Of a stretch of DNA of 64,000 nucleotides, positions 36,821 through 45,500 are shown one piece after another. Below the pieces are notes generated by a model. The model ran no database searches and was not told where the DNA came from. It saw only the letters and a list, made by a program, of their open reading frames with translations. This DNA comes from Oscillatoriales cyanobacterium CG2_30_40_61. GTDB taxonomy: Bacteria > Cyanobacteriota > Cyanobacteriia > Cyanobacteriales > Microcoleaceae. Each line of letters starts with the position of its first letter. The stretch's first letter is position 1. The stretch lies in the NCBI GenBank assembly GCA_001873365.1, contig MNYZ01000093.1:504-64503 (forward strand), given 5' to 3'. Both the position numbers and the translations under genes were made by a program.

Positions 36821-38698
36821 ATGAATAACCTTTTAAGAAAGATCTTAGCACCCAAAAAAATCGAATATTTAACCATTAACTCGGAGTTAGTTATTGTAGA
36901 GTCCTCCTGGGGAGTCGCCCGGTTTGCAGATTCCCCAGAACAATTACAATTAGGAGAAGATGTCTGCATGGCTTTTCCTGAGTTAATTGGATTAGAAGAA
37001 ACCTTTAATAAAATTTTATTGAGTCAAATCAATCAGTTTGAACTGAAAGGAATTTCTAGGACAATCACTCAAGAAAATACAATTTATTTTGATATTTATG
37101 TTTTGAAAAATCCTGATAATTCTTGCCATAACCAAGAACTATTGATTGTGTTTGAAGATACAACAGAATCGATTTTAAAGGAACAAAAAATTACTCAGGT
37201 TGCTAAGGAATATGGATTGGCTTTAAGTGCTTTAGAAAAAACTAAAATATATTTAGATAAAATCATTAATTCGATGACAAATATATTAATTGTCACAGAT
37301 GACCAAGGAATGATCAAAATTATCAATCAAGCTACATCGTTTTTATTAAAATATTCAAAAGCAGAATTAATCGGGCAATCTATTTTAACTATTTTTAAAG
37401 ATAATCAACTTAAAAATTATCCCCAAGTCAATCAATTTTTATTATCTGCTGATCTATTAATGCCTGTTGAAGTAATTTGTCAGACCAAAATAGGAACAAA
37501 TTTTCCCGCATCCTTTTCCTGTGCAGCCATGAATTTTGATCCCCATGATTCCCAGGAATTTGTTTGGATTGGTCAGGATATGACCGCACAAAAACGAGTA
37601 GAATTTCAGTTGTATCAACAAGCGGAACGTGATCGCATCTTAAAAAGAATTACACAACATATTCACCAATCTTTAAGTTTACAAGAAACTTTACAAACAA
37701 CGGTGACTGAGGTTCTGGGATTTTTAAATGTGGATCGGGTTTTAATTTATCGATTTTACTCCTCAGAAAAAGGACAAGTAATTGCTGAATCCGTCAGAAA
37801 TTCTTCTCTGACTTCCCTGGACAATATTATTTTTAGTTCTGAGTTTAATTCCTTATTATTATCTCATTTTCAAACAGGTAAAATCGATGCTTTTGATAAT
37901 ATTTATCAGGTTTCAGTTGACTCTAAATATTTAGATTATTTAATTCAATTAAAAGTAAAATCTAGTTTGATAGTCCCGATTATAATTTATGATGCTTCTG
38001 TTTCACAACAGTCTAGCAATAATAATCAACTTTGGGGATTATTAATCGCCCATCAATGCCAGCAAACCCGCCATTGGGAAGTCTGGGAAACAAACTTATT
38101 AGAAGAATTAGCCCTACAAATTGCCATTGCACTACAACAGGCTGAACTTTATCAACAATTACAAATTGTCAATCAAGAATTGGAACAGTTGGTTATTGAA
38201 GATGGGTTGACAAAAGTGGCAAATCGTCGTCAGTTTGACCGGGTACTTGATCACGAATGGAATCGCTGTAGACGAGAAGGAGTCATTCTATCCCTAATTT
38301 TACTAGATATTGATTATTTTAAACAATATAATGATAACTATGGACATTTAGCTGGAGATTTTTGCTTACAACAAGTTGCTCAAGTTTTACAGAATGTGAT
38401 TCAACGGAATACCGATTTAGTGGCTCGTTATGGGGGGGAAGAATTTGCTATCATTTTACCCAATACCGATATCAATGGAAGTATGCACCTGGCTGAAAAA
38501 ATTCGCCAAGGAGTGGAAGCATTGCAAGTGGAGCATCTCAAATCAGAGGTGAGTAGTTATGTCACAATTAGTATTGGAGTAGCGAGTTTAATTCCGATTG
38601 AAGATCTTACTCCTAAAACTTTGGTTTCTCAAGCTGACCAAGCTTTGTATAAAGCCAAAAATAATGGGCGCAATTGTATTTTTATTGCATCCAGATAG
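36821..38698 (+). CDS. Diguanylate cyclase: N-terminal PAS-like domain, PAS, GAF and GGDEF
   Basis: DGLTKVANRR, DIDYFKQYNDNYGHLAGD and RNTDLVARYGGEEF (RxxD I-site plus GGEEF). The GAF reads DRVLIYRF...LWGLLIAHQC. Confidence 0.93.
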   Translation: MNNLLRKILAPKKIEYLTINSELVIVESSWGVARFADSPEQLQLGEDVCMAFPELIGLEETFNKILLSQINQFELKGISRTITQENTIYFDIYVLKNPDNSCHNQELLIVFEDTTESILKEQKITQVAKEYGLALSALEKTKIYLDKIINSMTNILIVTDDQGMIKIINQATSFLLKYSKAELIGQSILTIFKDNQLKNYPQVNQFLLSADLLMPVEVICQTKIGTNFPASFSCAAMNFDPHDSQEFVWIGQDMTAQKRVEFQLYQQAERDRILKRITQHIHQSLSLQETLQTTVTEVLGFLNVDRVLIYRFYSSEKGQVIAESVRNSSLTSLDNIIFSSEFNSLLLSHFQTGKIDAFDNIYQVSVDSKYLDYLIQLKVKSSLIVPIIIYDASVSQQSSNNNQLWGLLIAHQCQQTRHWEVWETNLLEELALQIAIALQQAELYQQLQIVNQELEQLVIEDGLTKVANRRQFDRVLDHEWNRCRREGVILSLILLDIDYFKQYNDNYGHLAGDFCLQQVAQVLQNVIQRNTDLVARYGGEEFAIILPNTDINGSMHLAEKIRQGVEALQVEHLKSEVSSYVTISIGVASLIPIEDLTPKTLVSQADQALYKAKNNGRNCIFIASR

Positions 38699-38786
38699 AG
38701 GGTTCTTGCTTTAATTGCATCTACTAATTAAAAAAAAATCTAACAATCAAATTAGAAAAAAGTTCTTTATCATCAATCCAGGGATT

Positions 38787-40952
38787 ATGAACCATTTATT
38801 TAAAAACTTTTTAATAGCACGAAAAATTGATTATCTAGTGATCGATCCAGAGTTAAAAATACTGGATTTTTCTCAAGGAGTTATTCGATTTACTGAAGGT
38901 TCAGAAGTTTTAAATCAAGGAGAAGATGTACAATATTACTTTCCCGAATTGATTGGAACAGAAGATATTATTGATGCCATTATTCAAGGGTATCAAGATT
39001 ATTTTGAATTAAATGCTATGAGTCGGCAAATTGAGAAAACAACATCAATTTATTTTAATATTTACTTTCTGGGTGTTTCCATTCAAGGAGAACATATCCC
39101 CGAATTAATGTTACTATTCGAGGATGTGACACAACGAATGGAACTAGAACAGGCTTTAGTTCAAGAAACTAATGAATCACGATTACTTTTAAATGCCTAT
39201 TCTCATTCTCAACAATATATTGATCGAATTATTACCTCCATGGAGGATATTTTAATCGTTACCAATCAACAAGGTATGATTAAAAAAGTCAATCTCGCTA
39301 CTTTATCCCTATTAGAATATAGTCAATCGGATTTAATTAATCACTCTCTTGCTTCTTTTGTAGAAGATGATACTTGTTTGCAAGAATATTTAAAGGAATC
39401 TTCTCTGAAAAAACAAGACTTTTTATTTAAAAATTTGGAGTTAACCTGTCAGAAAAAACATGGCGGTAAAATTGTCCTAGAATTTTCAATCTCGACCTTA
39501 ACTACTGATACGGATGATTCCCTAGACTTTATTTATGTGGGTCGAGATATTACCGCCAGAAAACGCGCTCAACAACGGATGTTTACTCAGTATCAAATTT
39601 CTCGGATTCTGTCTGAAGCTCCGAATATTAATGAAGCTCTCCTACAGATTTTGCAATCCACTTGTGAAAGTTGGGGATGGGTTTTAGGAGAAGTTTGGAT
39701 GTTGGAAAAATTTTCAGAAGCACCGTTAATTTTAGGGAATAAAATCTCTGAAACTAATAGTTTTTCCCGCAACCATCCCGATGTTAAATTGGAGTGTATT
39801 AAACATTGGGTTAACTCTAAATCCGGTATTGATGAAATTCAAGAACTCTATCAAAAAATTAACCTAGATTCTAGTATAACTTTACCCAGTAAAATTTGGC
39901 ATAGTGGTTTTGCCCATTGGGTTGAAGATGTGATGGTTAATGACCAATTTACTCAAAAAGATATTGTCCAAATTCTGGGATTACGCGCTGGGTTTGGATT
40001 TCCGATTAAAGATGGAAAAGAAGTCTTAGGGGTGATCACTTTTTGGGGTACAGAAATTTGTTTTCCCGATCCGGAATTGATGCAAACCATGACTACAATT
40101 GGCAGTCAACTCGGTCAATTTATTAAACGAAAATTGGCTGAAATTGCTCTCCAATATCAACAACAACAAACAGAAAAATTACTTTTAAATATTCTGCCGG
40201 AAGCGATCGCAGAACGTCTAAAAAAAGAAGAAAAAACCATAGCAGAACATTTTTCTGAAGTCACGGTTTTATTTGCTGATATTGTTGGATTTACGCAGAT
40301 TTCATCTACCTTAAGTCCGATTGCTTTAGTGAATTTACTCAATGAATTATTCTCAGCTTTTGATCGATTAACCGAAAAATATGGCTTAGAAAAAATTAAA
40401 ACTATTGGTGATGCTTATATGGTGGTGGGCGGATTACCCGCTCCCTGTCCCAATCATGTGATCGCGATCGCCGAAATGGCTTTAGATATGCAAAAGGCAA
40501 TTCTTGATTTTAATGAAACTCATGATCAAGTATTAAGTTTGCGCATTGGCATCCATAGTGGGGCAGTGGTTGCGGGAGTGATTGGGATTAAAAAATTCCT
40601 CTATGATTTGTGGGGAGATACGGTCAATATTGCCTCGCGAATGGAATCTCACGGGTTAGCAGGACGGATTCAAATTAGTGAAGATACCTTCCATCTTTTA
40701 CCAGATCAATATGTTATATTCAAACGAGGGATAATTTCAGTCAAAGGCAAAGGAGCAATGAATACTTATTTTTTATTAGGCCGAAAAGGAGAAAAATATC
40801 TTCCCATTATTGAGCAAGTTATTCCGTCAAAAAATCAATGCAAAAATGCTGCGCCACAGCATTTAGTTGAAGTGATTCATAATAAAATTCAAGACGGCTA
40901 TCCCCTAAAATTCGATGAAATTACAGATAGCTCACAGGATTTCCAGATTTAG
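38787..40952 (+). CDS. Class III adenylate cyclase: N-terminal PAS-like domain, PAS, GAF and cyclase
   Basis: LFADIVGFT, EKIKTIGDAYM and YDLWGDTVNIASRMES. The Lys/Asp purine-specifying pair indicates ATP rather than GTP. The ATG at 38787 aligns with the start of the DGC. Confidence 0.92.
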   Translation: MNHLFKNFLIARKIDYLVIDPELKILDFSQGVIRFTEGSEVLNQGEDVQYYFPELIGTEDIIDAIIQGYQDYFELNAMSRQIEKTTSIYFNIYFLGVSIQGEHIPELMLLFEDVTQRMELEQALVQETNESRLLLNAYSHSQQYIDRIITSMEDILIVTNQQGMIKKVNLATLSLLEYSQSDLINHSLASFVEDDTCLQEYLKESSLKKQDFLFKNLELTCQKKHGGKIVLEFSISTLTTDTDDSLDFIYVGRDITARKRAQQRMFTQYQISRILSEAPNINEALLQILQSTCESWGWVLGEVWMLEKFSEAPLILGNKISETNSFSRNHPDVKLECIKHWVNSKSGIDEIQELYQKINLDSSITLPSKIWHSGFAHWVEDVMVNDQFTQKDIVQILGLRAGFGFPIKDGKEVLGVITFWGTEICFPDPELMQTMTTIGSQLGQFIKRKLAEIALQYQQQQTEKLLLNILPEAIAERLKKEEKTIAEHFSEVTVLFADIVGFTQISSTLSPIALVNLLNELFSAFDRLTEKYGLEKIKTIGDAYMVVGGLPAPCPNHVIAIAEMALDMQKAILDFNETHDQVLSLRIGIHSGAVVAGVIGIKKFLYDLWGDTVNIASRMESHGLAGRIQISEDTFHLLPDQYVIFKRGIISVKGKGAMNTYFLLGRKGEKYLPIIEQVIPSKNQCKNAAPQHLVEVIHNKIQDGYPLKFDEITDSSQDFQI

Positions 40953-41008
40953 GATAAAATAGTCAAACCCTTGGTAATTTACAATTTTCTGACACCTTAA
41001 AAATTTAA

Positions 41009-42133
41009 ATGACCTTAATAGAATCTTGGACAAATCAGTGGCGTTTCCAACTGGAAAATGACTACCCAAACTCTAGTCAAGACAAACGGGAAAGTATCAT
41101 TAATTGGTTACTAGGAGAACATTTTACGACCTTAGATTCTCTCCCTATTAACCAACAAGAAAGAATCCAATTAGGGTTAAACTTTCGCTATCAAATTCTG
41201 CAACAGCGCTATTTAGATACGCCGCCGGAAAAATCCTATCGAAATTTAATGCAGCGATTAGGGAGTTTAATGATTCTACGCCAAAAAGTTCGTCTTTGGG
41301 TGGCAACCAGTCGCGATCGCCAACGTCAAGTGGTGGATGTTTTACAAGAAGTGATACAGGAAATGTTGCATAGCGATCGCTATTTACAACAACAAATTCA
41401 ATGGATTTCTCAGTGTACAAATGACCGACAATTAAGCAATGCTTTACTATTCACAACAGTAGAAGAATATTGTCTCCGTCCGATTCGGAATCAACCCCTA
41501 TTAGTCTATCGATTTGTTAACTATTTACGTCGTTCCCAACGGGGAGGATTAACCCAAGTTCCCGCCGGAGAATGGATTAAACAATTATCCGATGAAATTC
41601 TCTCAGAGGAAACCGAAGACACCATTAGTTTATTAGATAATCAAGCTATTTCTGAATACGAAGATGAGCAATATTTTCAAAACCAACAAAACCAACGATT
41701 AAAAGTACAGGCGGAATTTGAAGACTATTTAATTAAAAACGTAGATTCAACGGCGGCGGAATGGTTGCGACTGTATTTACAAGGATTATCCCAAGAAGCG
41801 ATCGCTCAAAAGTTAAATTTACCGATTAAACAAATCTATCGACTCCGAGAAAAAGTTAGTTATCATGCGATTAAAAACTTCACCTTAAAACAGAATCCCG
41901 AATTAGTGACCAGTTGGTTAGGAACCTCGGTATCAGAACATCGTTTAGGATTAAATTCCGAACAATGGGAACAATTTTGGCAAGGTTTAAACCCCAATCA
42001 ACGTCAAATTATTGAACAATTAAAAGCCGGAGAAACCCTAGAAACTATTGCTAAAACCCTAAACTTAAAAATTACCCAAATTCAGCAGGAATGGACTACA
42101 ATGTATCTAATGGCTCAAGATATTCGGAATTAA
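41009..42133 (+). CDS. HetZ-related protein (sigma-factor-like, two C-terminal HTH regions)
   Basis: RESIINWLLGE, YRILQQRYL, LVYRFVNYLRR, LRLYLQGLSQEAIAQKLNL and GETLETIAKTLNL. Confidence 0.75.
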   Translation: MTLIESWTNQWRFQLENDYPNSSQDKRESIINWLLGEHFTTLDSLPINQQERIQLGLNFRYQILQQRYLDTPPEKSYRNLMQRLGSLMILRQKVRLWVATSRDRQRQVVDVLQEVIQEMLHSDRYLQQQIQWISQCTNDRQLSNALLFTTVEEYCLRPIRNQPLLVYRFVNYLRRSQRGGLTQVPAGEWIKQLSDEILSEETEDTISLLDNQAISEYEDEQYFQNQQNQRLKVQAEFEDYLIKNVDSTAAEWLRLYLQGLSQEAIAQKLNLPIKQIYRLREKVSYHAIKNFTLKQNPELVTSWLGTSVSEHRLGLNSEQWEQFWQGLNPNQRQIIEQLKAGETLETIAKTLNLKITQIQQEWTTMYLMAQDIRN

Positions 42134-42206
42134 TATACTGGGTTTAACCCCTTCTCTATTTTGGTTGTAGTCCCAGTAACACAAATTAGGTTAAAATAAT
42201 ATTGAT

Positions 42207-42308
42207 AGGACTTACGCACCAAACCGGGTTTGGTGAACGAGAAATCCAGATTTTATCCGCAAAATCATGGCCAGAAACCCGGTTTCTTTGGTCTTGTGCG
42301 TAAGTCCT
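42207..42308. mobile_element. 102-bp MITE-like element with TIRs AGGACTTACGCA...TGCGTAAGTCCT enclosing a pair of AAACCGGGTTT palindromes
   Basis: The 12-bp TIRs are perfect. A degenerate homologue lies at about 10910-11036, and a left-end-like copy near 3478. Confidence 0.75.
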
Positions 42309-42363
42309 GATTGATCAATACAGCAACCTCTAAAAAATCTCCTGTTTCCCATTTTGAAAACCT

Positions 42364-45300
42364 ATGATTCCCCAAAAACTGACCCTAAAAAATTTCCTCA
42401 GTTATCGAGAAGCCACCCTAGACTTTAGTGGATTACATACCGCTTGTATTTGTGGTTCCAACGGGTCAGGAAAGTCATCTTTATTAGAAGCAATGGCTTG
42501 GGCAATTTGGGGGGAAAGTCGGGCAGAATCAAAAGATGATATTATCTATATGGGGGAATTAGAAACCCAGGTTGATTTTATATTTATTAGTCAGGGAAAC
42601 CTATATCGGGTAATTCGTAATCGTCGCCGAGGTCAATCGGGAGCCTTAGAATTTCAAGTAGCAACCACCGTTTTACAAGAAATTGAAGATTTAGATCAAA
42701 TCAAGTTTCGCACCCTCACAGAAAAGGGAATAACTGTCACTCAACAGAAAATTATCGACTACTTAAAACTAGATTATGATACCTTTACTAATTCCGCCTA
42801 TTTGCGTCAGGGAAAAGCGGACGCATTCATGATCAAACGTCCCGCCGAACGGAAAGAAATTCTGGCAAATTTATTAAAATTAGATCAATATGATGGTTTA
42901 TCAGAAAAAGCTAAAGACTCAGCCAAAAGTTATAAATCCCAAGCCGAAATTTTAGAACAAACCCTAACCAGTAACCAAGTCCAAATTGATCAAAAAGGTC
43001 AACTGGAACAGGATATTATTCAACTACAAAATACAATTGATCAGCTTCAAGAAAAACAAGCCCAAGACCGAGAGCAATATCAACAGCTACAAGCCCAACA
43101 ACATCATCGTCAAGCTTGGGAAAAGTTATTAACCGGACAACAACAACAGCATCAAACCTTTGCTCAAGATTATCGCAGATTACAACAGGAATTAACTACA
43201 ACTCAACAGCAAAATCAAGAATTAGAAGCAGTATTACAACAAGAAACAGAAATTCAAACCGGATATAATAATTTTATCACCCTACAAACCACCGAAGAAA
43301 CCCTATCGGCTCAATTTAAAATCTATCAAGATTCCCAACAACAACGCCAGCAATTACAAGAACAACAACGCCAATATCTAAACACCCTACAACAGCAAAT
43401 TCAAGGTCTACAAGCTCGTTTAGAAGCGTTAACCCAACAGGAGCAAGATTACTCCCAAATCTTCAGCCAAAAATCCGATATTGAAACGGGATTAGAACAG
43501 TTACAAACCGCTCGTAATCGGTTAACCCAGTTTGATCAATTACAATTAGAAGTTACCCCGATTTTACAACAGCGTCAACGGCTACAAACGGAGTTAGATC
43601 GGGCTCAATCTCGTCAACAAGCTCGGTTAGAGGAATTAAAAACCTCCGTGGGAAAATTGCAACGAACTCTCAACCATCATCGCCCCCAATTAGAACAAAA
43701 ATCCCAAACTATTGCTAATCAAATTATTGAACTCGATAAGAAGAAAGTTTATCAACTCAGAGTCAGGGAAAAAGGACAAGAACGTCATGGTTTTATTGAC
43801 CGCTTGAATACGGTTAAACGGGATTATGAAGAAAAATTAGTCGAACTAGATCAGAAGATTAAACTATTATCAAAATCGGAATCTGAAGCAACTGAAACCG
43901 AAGAATTACCGTTATTGCGATCGCAGTTTCCCCCTTGTCCACTTTGCGATCGCCCCCTAGACGAACATCACTGGAATTTAGTAATTTCTAAACAGCAAAA
44001 CCAACAACAGGAATTCATAAATCAAATTTGGGTGATCCATGAACAGTTAGTAGTTGCTGATCGAGAACTTAAAATATTACAGGAGGAATATCGACAAATT
44101 CAAGAGGATTTATTACCCTACGAAGAATTACGAGAACAACGGGTAAAAATTCAAGCTCAGTTAGAATCCTTAGATAAAGATGAACAACAATTACAACAAT
44201 TAATATTAGAAGAAAAAGCCGTTCAAAATATTTTAGATACGGGAGACTATGCAACGGATTTATATGCAGAATTACAGGATTTAGAGCAGAAATTAAGCCA
44301 ACTAAATTATAATGAACAAAGCCATGCGTTAGCCAGGAATGAGGAAAAACGGCATCGTTGGGCGGAAATTAAATATAGTCAAATTCGCGATGCTCAGGAT
44401 AAATTAACAAAAATTCAGACCCAAAAACCAGAATTAGAAACCCAAATTCAAACCTTAACCCAAACCTTAACCGAACAAAAAAACAATTCTGAAATACAAC
44501 AAGAAATTATTACCTTAGAACAAAAAATCAGCCAAATGGGTTATAATGTAGAGGAACATAATCGCATCCGGGCGGAGTTACGTCAAGCTCAAATTTGGTT
44601 AACTAGAACCGAACAACTCAACCAAGCCAAACAACAATATCCCATCCTACAAAAACGCCTTCAAGAGTTAGAAACCATCACCCAAGAAAGGGTAAAAAAC
44701 CTACAAGCAATTCAAGGACAAATGGAACTATTACAACAGCAATTAAAAGCAACTCCCGACCCGACAGAATCATTAAAACAATTAGAGCAGTTAATTCAAC
44801 AACAACAGCTAAAATTAGATAGTTATTTAGGTCAATTCGGAAGTTTACAACAACAACAAACTCAATTAGACAATTTAAACGCTCAACAAATCGAACTTAA
44901 AACCCAATTAGATACCGCCCGTCGTCAATATCGAGTTTACGATGAATTAGGAAAAGCCTTTGGTAAAAATGGGATTCAAGCCTTAATGATTGAGAATGTT
45001 TTACCACAATTAGAAGCAGAAACTAATCAAATTTTATCTCGATTATCTGCTAATCAACTCCATGTTCAATTTGTTACCCAGCGCACTAGCGGGCGCGGGG
45101 GAAAATCATCAAAAAATACCGCTAAAATGATTGAAACCTTAGAAATTTTAATAGCAGATGCGCGGGGAACTCGTTCTTATGAAACCTATTCCGGGGGGGA
45201 GGCTTTTAGAATTAATTTTGCTATTCGTTTAGCCCTAGCAAAATTATTAGCACAACGGGCGGGAACTTCTCTACAAATGTTAATTATTGATGAGGGATTT

Positions 45301-45474
45301 GGAACCCAAGATGCGGAAGGGTGCGATCGCTTAATTGCGGCTATTAATGCGATCGCTTCTGATTTTGCTTGTATTCTTACTGTTACCCATATTCCTAGTT
45401 TAAAAGAAGCTTTTCAAGCTAGAATTGAGGTTCATAAAACTAGCCAAGGTTCTCAAATTTATCTGTCAATTTAA
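42364..45474 (+). CDS. sbcC: SbcC (Rad50-like) ATPase
   Basis: Walker A GSNGSGKSS, a long coiled coil with the CPLC zinc hook, YSGGE and IIDEGFGTQD. Confidence 0.95.
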   Translation: MIPQKLTLKNFLSYREATLDFSGLHTACICGSNGSGKSSLLEAMAWAIWGESRAESKDDIIYMGELETQVDFIFISQGNLYRVIRNRRRGQSGALEFQVATTVLQEIEDLDQIKFRTLTEKGITVTQQKIIDYLKLDYDTFTNSAYLRQGKADAFMIKRPAERKEILANLLKLDQYDGLSEKAKDSAKSYKSQAEILEQTLTSNQVQIDQKGQLEQDIIQLQNTIDQLQEKQAQDREQYQQLQAQQHHRQAWEKLLTGQQQQHQTFAQDYRRLQQELTTTQQQNQELEAVLQQETEIQTGYNNFITLQTTEETLSAQFKIYQDSQQQRQQLQEQQRQYLNTLQQQIQGLQARLEALTQQEQDYSQIFSQKSDIETGLEQLQTARNRLTQFDQLQLEVTPILQQRQRLQTELDRAQSRQQARLEELKTSVGKLQRTLNHHRPQLEQKSQTIANQIIELDKKKVYQLRVREKGQERHGFIDRLNTVKRDYEEKLVELDQKIKLLSKSESEATETEELPLLRSQFPPCPLCDRPLDEHHWNLVISKQQNQQQEFINQIWVIHEQLVVADRELKILQEEYRQIQEDLLPYEELREQRVKIQAQLESLDKDEQQLQQLILEEKAVQNILDTGDYATDLYAELQDLEQKLSQLNYNEQSHALARNEEKRHRWAEIKYSQIRDAQDKLTKIQTQKPELETQIQTLTQTLTEQKNNSEIQQEIITLEQKISQMGYNVEEHNRIRAELRQAQIWLTRTEQLNQAKQQYPILQKRLQELETITQERVKNLQAIQGQMELLQQQLKATPDPTESLKQLEQLIQQQQLKLDSYLGQFGSLQQQQTQLDNLNAQQIELKTQLDTARRQYRVYDELGKAFGKNGIQALMIENVLPQLEAETNQILSRLSANQLHVQFVTQRTSGRGGKSSKNTAKMIETLEILIADARGTRSYETYSGGEAFRINFAIRLALAKLLAQRAGTSLQMLIIDEGFGTQDAEGCDRLIAAINAIASDFACILTVTHIPSLKEAFQARIEVHKTSQGSQIYLSI

Positions 45475-45500
45475 TCACATTTTCATATAATTGTATACCC

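Noticed and set aside
38787-40952. Guanylate cyclase assignment
   Set aside because: The substrate-specifying positions are Lys (KIKTIGD) and Asp (YDLWG), not the Glu/Cys pair of guanylate cyclases.
42364-45474. SbcC as a novel SMC-type defence system
   Set aside because: It is an ordinary Rad50-like protein with a zinc hook. There are no Wadjet/MksBEF-type partner genes nearby, and an unlinked sbcD is not unusual.
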